A stretch of DNA of 36,827 bases from a virus (Duplodnaviria; Caudoviricetes). Below are positions 26,051 to 34,239 of this stretch, one piece after another. The stretch covers positions 1 through 36,827 of IMG/VR virus record IMGVR_UViG_3300025150_000028; one strand, given 5' to 3'. A program made the position numbers and the translations under genes. Below the pieces are notes generated by a model. The model ran no database searches and was not told the DNA's origin. It saw only the letters and a list, made by a program, of their open reading frames with translations. Numbering within the stretch: position 1 is the stretch's first letter; every line of letters starts with the position of its first letter.

Positions 26051-26137
26051 TGGTGCCATCGAAGGGATTTAAACCCTTACTCCATTTAAGGAACACGGTT
26101 CTGAGCCGTGCGCGTATGTCAATTCCGCCACGATGGC
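26051..26137 (-). tRNA. tRNA-Leu(CAG)
   Basis: CACGG-CTCAGAA-CCGTG; A-CCA. Confidence 0.9.
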
Positions 26138-26143
26138 ATTTTA

Positions 26144-26404
26144 TTATTCTGGCCATTTATCACTATTTTCTTCATCTGCAACAAGATATTCTCCCAGTAT
26201 TTTTTTCATACAATGCTGACAAATATCTAGCTTAAGGACATTCCCATCTCCAAAAACAGAACCGTATCCACCCTTAAACAACATCGAATAAATTTCTTGA
26301 ACCTCTTCCCAATCTTTTTTGCAATCATACACTTTTTTGCAAACATCGCAAGTAATACTTTCTGGAACTTTCTGTTCTACGGTTTGTGTGCTATATTTAA
26401 TCAT
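26144..26404 (-). CDS. Small zinc-finger hypothetical protein
   Basis: TCDVC..GGYGSVFGDG..DICQHC. Confidence 0.75.
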   Translation of the reverse strand: MIKYSTQTVEQKVPESITCDVCKKVYDCKKDWEEVQEIYSMLFKGGYGSVFGDGNVLKLDICQHCMKKILGEYLVADEENSDKWPE

Positions 26405-26571
26405 ACTAATCCCCTTTTCATCATGTTTAGCTTGAGTTTTGCTTTGTCGTATTTTTTCTTCGTTGCCTCGATTTCTTCTGGGCTAACACTCTGCTTAAAA
26501 TGTTCGCTATTTAGCCTCTTCTTAAGAAATTCAACATACTGCTCTTCGTGTTCTAGTTTGTTTACTTTCAT
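26401..26571 (-). CDS. 56-aa hypothetical protein (not in track)
   Basis: Hand translation MKVNKLEHEEQYVEFLKKRLNSEHFK..KAKLKLNMMKRGLV; ATGA overlap. Confidence 0.6.
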   Translation of the reverse strand: MKVNKLEHEEQYVEFLKKRLNSEHFKQSVSPEEIEATKKKYDKAKLKLNMMKRGLV

Positions 26572-26588
26572 TGCTTTTATCCTAAAGT

Positions 26589-26675
26589 TGGTGGGAGGAC
26601 AAACGGTTCATGTCAACTTCCATCTTAACCCGTTCATACCATGTTGACTTCAGGCAGGTTTTTAAACCCCCTCCC
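26589..26675 (-). ncRNA. CCA-ended tRNA-sized RNA without a cloverleaf
   Basis: GGGAGGG/TCCTCCC-A-CCA; GTCAAC/GTTGAC; no T arm. Confidence 0.55.
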
Positions 26676-26684
26676 ATTAAAAGT

Positions 26685-26772
26685 TGGTGGTAGTGGTGGG
26701 AGTCGAACCCACAAGGATATTTATATCCGGTAGATTTTGAGTCTACTGCGTAAGCCGTTCCGCCACACTACC
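26685..26772 (-). tRNA. tRNA-Leu(CAA)
   Basis: GTAGA-CTCAAAA-TCTAC; A-CCA. Confidence 0.92.
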
Positions 26773-26785
26773 TCATGACTAAATT

Positions 26786-26870
26786 TGGTGGGCATGACTG
26801 GATTTGAACCAGCACTCCTTTCGGAACCAGATTCTAAGTCTGGCGGGTCTGCCAATTTCCCCACACGCCC
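26786..26870 (-). tRNA. tRNA-Leu(TAG)
   Basis: CCAGA-CTTAGAA-TCTGG; A-CCA. Confidence 0.92.
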
Positions 26871-26877
26871 TTAAAAC

Positions 26878-26964
26878 TGGTGGTACTGAAGGGAGTCGAA
26901 CCCTCAATCTCTTACGAGCCTATACTCCTCAAGCATAGATGTATGCCAATTCCATCACAGTACC
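26878..26964 (-). tRNA. tRNA-Leu(GAG)
   Basis: TATGC-TTGAGGA-GTATA; A-CCA. Confidence 0.9.
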
Positions 26965-27030
26965 ATGGGTGGGAGGTTTCAATCGGGTATTACTACTCTA
27001 CGATTGATATTTATCCCACATACTTCTAAT

Positions 27031-27184
27031 TGGTGATGGGGGTTAGACTCGAACTAACATAGCCATTATGAGCAACCGAACTCATTATAGGCGGCGGATT
27101 TACATTTTATATTGCCGTAAACAACCCTTCTAATCGGGTTGGATGGTTTTTGTCCGCTGGGTTTGCCAATTCCCCCACCCTATC
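27031..27184 (-). tRNA. tRNA-Tyr(GTA) with a 47-nt insertion in the anticodon loop
   Basis: GCGGA-C-[27105-27151]-TGTAAA-TCCGC; intact D, T and acceptor arms; very long V arm. Confidence 0.72.
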
Positions 27185-27213
27185 ATCTAACTTCAATTAT
27201 CAAAGAACAAATA

Positions 27214-27300
27214 TGGTGGTAAGGGAGAGATTTGAACTCTCTAACCCGTAAAGGACCGGTTTTACAGACCGGCGCGGCTACCCATATCCGCCTCCCTACC
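27214..27300 (-). tRNA. tRNA-Tyr(GTA)
   Basis: CCGGT-CTGTAAA-ACCGG; A-CCA. Confidence 0.9.
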
Positions 27301-27320
27301 AAACTCAATGTTATTTTTAC

Positions 27321-27491
27321 TTATTTAACCAACCTTTCATTTTTCTTCAAGTTACATTCTATCGCATTTTTTAAATTATTCAAGGCATTTCTTTTTGTAT
27401 TTCCGGTTGCCTTCTTATGGATTTTTGTTGCTTCTGCCATATAGAAGGTTACGCCGTCGAACTCGTTTTTATATTCTTTCAACCTAATCAT
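27321..27491 (-). CDS. 56-aa HicB-N-terminal-like protein (not in track)
   Basis: Hand translation ..FYMAEATKIHKKATGNTKRNALNNLKNAIE..; ATGA overlap with the HNH gene. Confidence 0.45.
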   Translation of the reverse strand: MIRLKEYKNEFDGVTFYMAEATKIHKKATGNTKRNALNNLKNAIECNLKKNERLVK

Positions 27492-28630
27492 TTAAACATT
27501 CCGTCTCTCTTGTTTTTTGTAATTTCTTTCCAATTGATTTCTAATTTATTACATCTCTTTCTTATTGCATTATCTGATACTCCGTACATTTTCCCTATTT
27601 TCGTCATTGGAAACTTTGTTATTAAGTTTTCTAAATCATCCTTGCTAACATTAAACCTTACGAATAAAAAGTGTTTTTTAGGTATAGTGATATTCTTGTT
27701 TTCACATATTTTTCTGACAGCATCCGTAGAGATGTTAAATTTTGTAGCTATCTTAGTAATGGATTCCGTCTTAACCATGTCCTTCAGTTTGTCGTCATCT
27801 ATTTTAACATATTCCTTTTTATTACCAATTATTGTTTTTGAATTTTCTAAAATTATTTCTTGTTTTAAATTAAAATTGTCTTTCAAATATTTTTCTTTTA
27901 TAAGAAGTATTATCTTCGTGTTGTCATAATCAGAGTGTATAATTCGATGACAATTAGAACATAATAGCTCGCATTTATCAAGTTCTTTTTTTATTATTTC
28001 CCATTTTCTATTTAATGATGTCCCAATTGCCATCTCTTTATTGTCTTCTGAATGGTGAAATTCAAATGCCGCAAAATTAATGTCGTTAATTTCATAATTA
28101 CACTTTTTACACTTCCCGCCCAGATAATTTATTGCCTTTATTTTGCTTGCTCTCCTTCTTAATTTTGAAACACACGTATTGCAAATTTTAGGTCTATTTA
28201 ACTGAAAATCTGAGTATTTTTTATCACACAAACAACATTTGTCATATGATATGTTTTTTTTCTTTGCAAGCTCAATATCAATCCCGTATTCCCTACACCA
28301 GTATCTTATGGAGCCGTGTGTCAATCCCATTAGCTTTATCGTTCTATGTACTCCGTTATATTTTAATGTTTCTCTTAGTATTTTTTCATCTACTTTAATA
28401 TTCCTATATCTCTCTTGACTTTCTAATATTTTCATTCTTCTTATTTTTTCTGAAATCTGTTCTTTAGTTAATTTTATGTCTCCCGCCCATAGTCTTATGG
28501 TTCTAGTTTTTATTCCTAACAATTTGGAAATTTCACCGAACGTATTTCCCTCTAGCCTTAATTTTCTAGCTGTCTCTTTCATATGCTCTCCTATCTTGCT
28601 ATAAATTTCTTTATATGAAATATTATACAA
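27488..28630 (-). CDS. HTH-HNH-HTH homing endonuclease
   Basis: KAINYLGGKCKKC..FEFHH..ELDKCELLCSNCHRIIH; several HTH-like repeats. Confidence 0.85.
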   Translation of the reverse strand: MYNISYKEIYSKIGEHMKETARKLRLEGNTFGEISKLLGIKTRTIRLWAGDIKLTKEQISEKIRRMKILESQERYRNIKVDEKILRETLKYNGVHRTIKLMGLTHGSIRYWCREYGIDIELAKKKNISYDKCCLCDKKYSDFQLNRPKICNTCVSKLRRRASKIKAINYLGGKCKKCNYEINDINFAAFEFHHSEDNKEMAIGTSLNRKWEIIKKELDKCELLCSNCHRIIHSDYDNTKIILLIKEKYLKDNFNLKQEIILENSKTIIGNKKEYVKIDDDKLKDMVKTESITKIATKFNISTDAVRKICENKNITIPKKHFLFVRFNVSKDDLENLITKFPMTKIGKMYGVSDNAIRKRCNKLEINWKEITKNKRDGMFK

Positions 28631-28668
28631 GATAACTGAGTATAATTCCTTCTTTTATTTAGGAATTA

Positions 28669-28743
28669 TGGAGGGCCGCATGAGAATCGAACTCATGTTT
28701 GGAAATTTGCAGTTTCCCGTGTGAACCACTCCACCAGCGGCCC
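28669..28743 (-). tRNA. tRNA-Cys(GCA)
   Basis: GGAAA-CTGCAAA-TTTCC; T-CCA discriminator. Confidence 0.92.
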
Positions 28744-28800
28744 GTTTAATAAATTGTCAAAGAGCGAACCTTCAACCACTCAGCCATCCGTGCCTTTTCC

Positions 28801-29175
28801 TTACCAATCCTTTTCTACTATACTATCTATAATTTTGAAGTTCTCTTTATCCATCACGACATTCATTGTAAGTGTCGTAGCTGCTTCGCCAAAGTCTTTC
28901 GCATCGTTATACATACTGGTCCAGAAAGTTGATGTAAATGTTCCGTCAGCGTTCAGGACTGTTTTCTCAATTATCTCGTCTACTATTGGTTTAGTTTCGT
29001 CTCTCCATCCTGACAATTCCCAATCAATTGCCTTAGTTTCTTCTTTAATGCACAATCCCATCAATTTTGCCACTGCCATTTCTATTGTTGTTTCTTTTCC
29101 AAGTGTCATCATTCTCCAGTGTAAAATAAAGCTACTGGAACTCGAATTACTAACAAATCCTGTTCTAATCTTCAT
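28801..29175 (-). CDS. Hypothetical protein with MKIRTGFVSNSSSSSF N-terminus
   Basis: AAGGAG SD before ATG 29175. Confidence 0.75.
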   Translation of the reverse strand: MKIRTGFVSNSSSSSFILHWRMMTLGKETTIEMAVAKLMGLCIKEETKAIDWELSGWRDETKPIVDEIIEKTVLNADGTFTSTFWTSMYNDAKDFGEAATTLTMNVVMDKENFKIIDSIVEKDW

Positions 29176-29200
29176 ATTTATCTCCTTATATTTAACCAAC

Positions 29201-29233
29201 AAAAAAGCCCGTTAGATTTTCATCTAACGGGCT
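29201..29233 (-). terminator. Intrinsic terminator of the Ser/Leu/Tyr/Cys attenuator
   Basis: AGCCCGTTAGAT-GAAA-ATCTAACGGGCT-TTTTT. Confidence 0.9.
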
Positions 29234-29254
29234 GAGTCTTTCCCATCTCTTTTT

Positions 29255-29338
29255 TTAGGTAGAGAAAACCCCACTCAGCCCGTTACTTAGATAACAGGAT
29301 GACAAGCTTAACGAACTGCTGAGTGACAGGTTTTTCAT
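29255..29338 (-). CDS. Ser/Leu/Cys/Tyr leader peptide MKNLSLSSSLSLSSCYLSNGLSGVFST
   Basis: Translated by hand; SD TAAGGT; 15 consecutive codons that are only L, S, C or Y. Confidence 0.9.
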   Translation of the reverse strand: MKNLSLSSSLSLSSCYLSNGLSGVFST

Positions 29339-29391
29339 ATCTATTACCTTATTCTTTATTAACGTAAAAATTCCTTCATCTAATTTTCAAT

Positions 29392-29420
29392 ATCCTACTC
29401 GTTAATGATATTAAAGTCAA
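29392..29420 (-). promoter_or_regulatory. Sigma70-type promoter of the Ser/Leu/Tyr/Cys operon
   Basis: TTGACT-17 nt-TAGGAT with upstream AAAATAATAG. Confidence 0.7.
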
Positions 29421-29452
29421 CTATTATTTTCAATTTTCTTTCACTAAAAAAT

Positions 29453-29575
29453 TTATGGATGCAACTATCATGTCTTTAGAGGCGAATTAATCGATGGAGG
29501 ACTAGCTAAATCTTTCCATCAACTACGGTATCTAGAAAACCAACCGCTACTGTTCCACAACAATCGCATCCATAA
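29453..29575 (-). ncRNA. Candidate rod-shaped small RNA
   Basis: About 20-bp terminal helix TATGGATGCGATTGTTGTG/CATGATAGTTGCATCCATA (G.U-compatible on minus strand); TGTATAAT directly upstream. Confidence 0.6.
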
Positions 29576-29588
29576 TCATTATACAATA

Positions 29589-30167
29589 TTATGTATCTTT
29601 TGTTTTGCCGGACATGATTTTTTTTGCAATATCTACTATTTTTTTATCTTCGGGGAAATGGGGTTGTTTTCGTTTTTGTTTCACTATTTCTTCTTCGTCA
29701 TCATTTTCGTCGTCATCTGGAATCATTTTATCAAGAAGGTTGTCGCAAATAACTATATCGAGTCCTTCCATTGAAGCTAATATAACGGCATTAAAGAAAT
29801 TGACATTGGCTAAGCTATCGAGTTCTCCGTTATTGTCTGATATAACTAATCTAACGAGCAATACGTCATCTTTTAGTTCCGGGGCATATACGGAATCCAT
29901 AATAACTCCGGAAAGAAATTTATCCTGAGATTTCCAAGAGTCAAGCATTGTTTTATATATTCCCAAAATATTTGTATTTATATCATACTCGCTATTTTTA
30001 TCCATGACATAACTAATCAGCTTTGCATTTTCTTTAGAGATTGGGAAGAATAGCATTAGTTCTCGGTCAGATGAGCAAGCCAATATAACCGACGGTCCGT
30101 TATATCCGTCCTCATTAACTTCTACGCACTTCATTATTGAGAATCTATTCATGATCTTATTATACAA
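29589..30167 (-). CDS. Bifunctional nuclease (DUF151)-like protein
   Basis: PSVIL..LFFPI..A, AVILA..IVI pattern; divergent. Confidence 0.5.
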   Translation of the reverse strand: MYNKIMNRFSIMKCVEVNEDGYNGPSVILACSSDRELMLFFPISKENAKLISYVMDKNSEYDINTNILGIYKTMLDSWKSQDKFLSGVIMDSVYAPELKDDVLLVRLVISDNNGELDSLANVNFFNAVILASMEGLDIVICDNLLDKMIPDDDENDDEEEIVKQKRKQPHFPEDKKIVDIAKKIMSGKTKDT

Positions 30168-30168
30168 A

Positions 30169-30444
30169 TTAATCTAAAGGAATCAATTCAAAATCGTCTC
30201 CGGTTCTGGGTTGAGAAGCGGATATGGATTCTGCATTTCCGGACGGTTCTATATCGATATTATTTCCTATTATTCCCTTGTTATAAGATAGTCCACCATA
30301 GGCCGGTTTTGACCAATAGGTGGGTTGGTTTCTATAATAGGGATGTGGTTCAGGGATTACTATGTAAGCTGGTCCTGTTTCGTCCAGTTGTTCCATAGGC
30401 AGTTGATAGCCGCTGAACTGATAATTGACATCTGCATCTGTCAT
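30169..30444 (-). CDS. Hypothetical protein
   Basis: 91-aa ORF. Confidence 0.65.
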   Translation of the reverse strand: MTDADVNYQFSGYQLPMEQLDETGPAYIVIPEPHPYYRNQPTYWSKPAYGGLSYNKGIIGNNIDIEPSGNAESISASQPRTGDDFELIPLD

Positions 30445-30710
30445 TATATTAGGTCCATGGTTGTAATGGTCATGGGGGCTGGTTTAGAGGTATCGACGTT
30501 CATTCTAGTTGCTGAAAAACGGTAATAGTCTTGTATTCTTCTTTGGTATTCTTCGGGAAAGCTATCTAGGGCAACTAAATTCTGATAGACATTAAGGGTA
30601 TCGACTTGCAATTGGAGGGTATCTTCTGGGATTGCGAAATAGTTTAAATCGTCTTTTAAATCAGCTTTAGTGAGTGGTGGTCGGCTCGTATTTAGTGGTC
30701 GGCTTGCCAT
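30444..30710 (-). CDS. Hypothetical protein
   Basis: 88-aa ORF. Confidence 0.65.
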   Translation of the reverse strand: MASRPLNTSRPPLTKADLKDDLNYFAIPEDTLQLQVDTLNVYQNLVALDSFPEEYQRRIQDYYRFSATRMNVDTSKPAPMTITTMDLI

Positions 30711-31737
30711 AAACGTCCCTCATAAGCTTGACTAGTTTTTCTTTATCCTCTTCGCTTATTTTATTCTTTGGGATATCTATGAAAACCTTTATGAAAGCGT
30801 GTTTATCGTCTGTGATTCCCTGTTTTTCTATTTTATACAGGTATCCAGAGTTTTTAGATGAATCGAGTTTAAATTCTACTTCTTTACATCCGAGTATATT
30901 GACTTTAATTTTCTCTTCTGCTAAAACTGAATCTATGGTTGCATTAATGGAGGCATAGATATTTCCGTCTCTTAGTGTTATTCCCTTATAATTTTGGGGG
31001 TAGTCGATAATAATATAGGTATCTCCAACTGTTTTTCCCCCCCCATAATAAACTTCATTTCCCTTGCCTTTAATTCTTAGGGCAGACATGGGATTAAGTC
31101 CGGCGGGTATATCTACGGACAATTTTTCATTTATTTTTTTAAATCCAGTTGAGCCACATTTTTCACATGGATCCGTTTTTTTACCCGTTCCTTTACATTC
31201 GCTACAAGTAGTATTAAAGACGACATTATTTTGAACGCTAAAAAAGACATTCCCGAGTCCATTACAAGTACGGCATTTATCTTTAGAATTAATTCTTCCC
31301 TTTCCGAAACACTTATCACAAGCAATAAATCTGGTAAAATCGATTTGGGCTTTTCCTCCTTTAATTATATTTTCCATCCCGATTCTATAAGCGATTCTAT
31401 TATCTGGATTAACTGCAAATGAGTTATCCACTGTAAATCTCATATTTCCGAATATATTAGACGCAGTAGTGAATGAAGAGAATGGGTCAAAATGGGCAGC
31501 TCTCATCCCTCCGTTGTCATAAATTTGCTTGGCGTCAGAATCGGAGAGAGTGGAATAGGCTTCTGATATTTCTTTAAATTTTTCTTCGGCTTCTTTATTG
31601 TTTGGATTTTTGTCGGGATGATACTTGTGTGCCAGATTGCGATAAGCTTTTTTTATACTTTCTTCATCGGCATTTTTTTCAACGCCTAGAATCTTATAAT
31701 AATCTTTGCCATTTTTATTCATTATTTCTTTTTGCAA
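30667..31737 (-). CDS. dnaJ: DnaJ chaperone
   Basis: J domain with HPD; four CxxCxGxG-type repeats. Confidence 0.93.
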   Translation of the reverse strand: MQKEIMNKNGKDYYKILGVEKNADEESIKKAYRNLAHKYHPDKNPNNKEAEEKFKEISEAYSTLSDSDAKQIYDNGGMRAAHFDPFSSFTTASNIFGNMRFTVDNSFAVNPDNRIAYRIGMENIIKGGKAQIDFTRFIACDKCFGKGRINSKDKCRTCNGLGNVFFSVQNNVVFNTTCSECKGTGKKTDPCEKCGSTGFKKINEKLSVDIPAGLNPMSALRIKGKGNEVYYGGGKTVGDTYIIIDYPQNYKGITLRDGNIYASINATIDSVLAEEKIKVNILGCKEVEFKLDSSKNSGYLYKIEKQGITDDKHAFIKVFIDIPKNKISEEDKEKLVKLMRDVYGKPTTKYEPTTTH

Positions 31738-34010
31738 ACAAAATTGTCATTTTCTACCGATATAAATATAATACATCCCGAACCTCTTCCGGTTAATGCA
31801 TCTGAAACACAGGGCTCAATTTTCTTGGCAATTAAACGATTTAAAACGGTAGCATTAGATCCGTGTTCTTCTTTGCTAAGTTTAAGAAGCAAGTCATAAA
31901 TAGTATCTGTAAACTCCATTGTAAAACCTCGATCAGTCAAGCGGGATCCTATTTCGTCCATTCGCATCTTAATTATTTTTTTAAGATCGTCGTCGGAAAG
32001 TGGCATAAACGGTACGAATTCATCTACTCGATTAATAAACTCTTCTCCATATTGCTCTTTACAATAAGTGATTAGTTTACCCTGAAGTTCTTTAAATGGA
32101 TCTTTGGCAATTTGTTCCGAGAATCCAAGCGAACCCTTTGTATCTCCAGATCCCATCCCAAAATTGCCCGTCATAACTAAAATTACATTCTTAAAATCTG
32201 CCTTGTTTCCGCTTGCATCTGTCATTTCTCCATCTGACATAACTTGCAGAAATAGTTTTAGAACGTCGGGGTGAGCTTTTTCCAATTCATCCAACAAAAC
32301 AATACAATAGGGTTTTCTTTTAATTTTATCTATGAACAAGTCTCCTTCTTGAAACCCAACATACCCCGGAGGGCTTCCAATGAGTTTACTGACAGAGTGC
32401 TTTTCCGAAAACTCTGTCATATCCAATTTGATAAAAGAAGAGTCTTTTCCGAATACGGCTCTTGATAATTCTTTAGCCATATAGGTTTTCCCCGTTCCAC
32501 TTTTACCTCCAAAAACAAAGCTACCGATTGGTTTAATTGGGTTTCTTACGCCTGAATAAGCATTTTTCAAAATTCTACAAACTGTCTCGATTGCATATTT
32601 CTGCCCAATAACTTTTTCAGACAGTATTGATTCAATCTTTACTATTCTCTCGTTATCATCCCAAAGAATAACCTCAATTGGAACCTGACATAATTCACTT
32701 ATAACATTGGCTATATCTTTTCCTGTTATAATTGGTTTTTGGGACTTATTATTTTCCCATGCATGTTTGGCGCAACTTGTATCAATGACATCAATTGCCT
32801 TATCGGGAAAGTTTCTGTCGGGCAAATACCTTAAACAAAGATTGATAACGGAATCGACAGCATCATCCGTAATAATACATTTGTGATATTCCTCAAACTT
32901 CGGTTTAATTCCAGCCAATATTTGATGCATTTGTTCTTTGTTGGGCTCTTCGACTACAATTTGCTGAAATCTTCTTTCCAGAGCGCCGTCTTTCTGGAAG
33001 TATTTCTTAAAATCATCCATTGTTGTTGCCCCTATACATCTCAAATCGTTACGGGCTAAAAATGGCTTAAGTATATTTGATGCATCTAACGACCCTCCAG
33101 ATGCAGAACCAGCCCCAACAAGAGTATGGATTTCGTCTATAAACAAAATACAATTTGTGCAATTTTGAACTTCTTTTACTAGAGTATTAATTCTCTCTTC
33201 GAATTCTCCCCTATATTTAGTTCCAGCAACAAGACTAGAAAGATTAAGAGAATATACTCTACATCCTATTAATTGTCTTGGGATTGCGCCGCTGACTATT
33301 CTCTGAGATATTCCTTCCACAACAGCCGTTTTACCTACTCCCGGTTCGCCTATTAAAATCGGATTGTTTTTACTTCTTCTACAAAGTATAGTAATGGCTG
33401 ATTCAATTTCCTTGTCTCTAGCCAATATTGGATCTAACTTGTTCTCCTTGGCAAGTTGAGTAACATCAGTACAAAATGATTCTATAGCTGAATGCTGTCC
33501 CTTTGAACCTATTTTTTTAGAGTCGCCAGCAGCAACGGGAGATTTCATTTTGTTTATATTGCCCAAAAATGCTTCAATATTAAATCTTTCCTTATCCATC
33601 GTTTCTTTTATGAACGGAGACACTTTCATTAAGGCAATAAGTAAATGATGAGAGCTAATATATTCGCTTGAAAATATTTCTACCCTAATCTTATTGGCTA
33701 TTTTACAAGCTTCAACGACCTGTTTAGATATGGTTAAATCTTCATAATTTGGTTCAGACTTTGCCGCATTAACATTTCTTTTTGACATAAGTTCTTTCTT
33801 GAATATAGCCAAACATTTGTCTAAATTTACCCCCATATCTGACAATGCAGACGTTACTTCGTTAGCGCCAGTAGTTAACATTCCCACCATAAAGCTTTCG
33901 GGATAAATGCAATCTACTTTTGCGTTAATGCTAGCGGCTTTAGCAAAAACAACAATTTGGTTTACGGTGTTGTCGAAGCGTTCATACGCTTTTTTTTCTT
34001 TATCTGCCAT
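31722..34010 (-). CDS. clpA: Clp/Hsp100 AAA+ ATPase (ClpA-like, no obvious middle domain)
   Basis: [41 protein letters not shown]. Confidence 0.85.
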   Translation of the reverse strand: MADKEKKAYERFDNTVNQIVVFAKAASINAKVDCIYPESFMVGMLTTGANEVTSALSDMGVNLDKCLAIFKKELMSKRNVNAAKSEPNYEDLTISKQVVEACKIANKIRVEIFSSEYISSHHLLIALMKVSPFIKETMDKERFNIEAFLGNINKMKSPVAAGDSKKIGSKGQHSAIESFCTDVTQLAKENKLDPILARDKEIESAITILCRRSKNNPILIGEPGVGKTAVVEGISQRIVSGAIPRQLIGCRVYSLNLSSLVAGTKYRGEFEERINTLVKEVQNCTNCILFIDEIHTLVGAGSASGGSLDASNILKPFLARNDLRCIGATTMDDFKKYFQKDGALERRFQQIVVEEPNKEQMHQILAGIKPKFEEYHKCIITDDAVDSVINLCLRYLPDRNFPDKAIDVIDTSCAKHAWENNKSQKPIITGKDIANVISELCQVPIEVILWDDNERIVKIESILSEKVIGQKYAIETVCRILKNAYSGVRNPIKPIGSFVFGGKSGTGKTYMAKELSRAVFGKDSSFIKLDMTEFSEKHSVSKLIGSPPGYVGFQEGDLFIDKIKRKPYCIVLLDELEKAHPDVLKLFLQVMSDGEMTDASGNKADFKNVILVMTGNFGMGSGDTKGSLGFSEQIAKDPFKELQGKLITYCKEQYGEEFINRVDEFVPFMPLSDDDLKKIIKMRMDEIGSRLTDRGFTMEFTDTIYDLLLKLSKEEHGSNATVLNRLIAKKIEPCVSDALTGRGSGCIIFISVENDNFVCKKK

Positions 34011-34019
34011 ATATCCCTT

Positions 34020-34232
34020 CTAAGAGCAGAATTCGCCCTCGTCGCTTTCGTAGTTTAGAAAATCCATTATTTTTTTATTATCAGTTCCAGTCAATTCGCT
34101 ATAAACGCTAGCAACATAGTCCTTGCAAGTAGGAGTCATATCCACATACCGACCCACAACCAATTCGCCATTATCATTTATTTTAATGATTGGTCTACCT
34201 TTTTCATCTTTAAATATAACTTCTTTTTCCAA
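34020..34232 (-). CDS. Hypothetical protein
   Basis: 70-aa ORF, TTG start with GGTG SD. Confidence 0.6.
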   Translation of the reverse strand: MEKEVIFKDEKGRPIIKINDNGELVVGRYVDMTPTCKDYVASVYSELTGTDNKKIMDFLNYESDEGEFCS

Positions 34233-34239
34233 GATTCAC

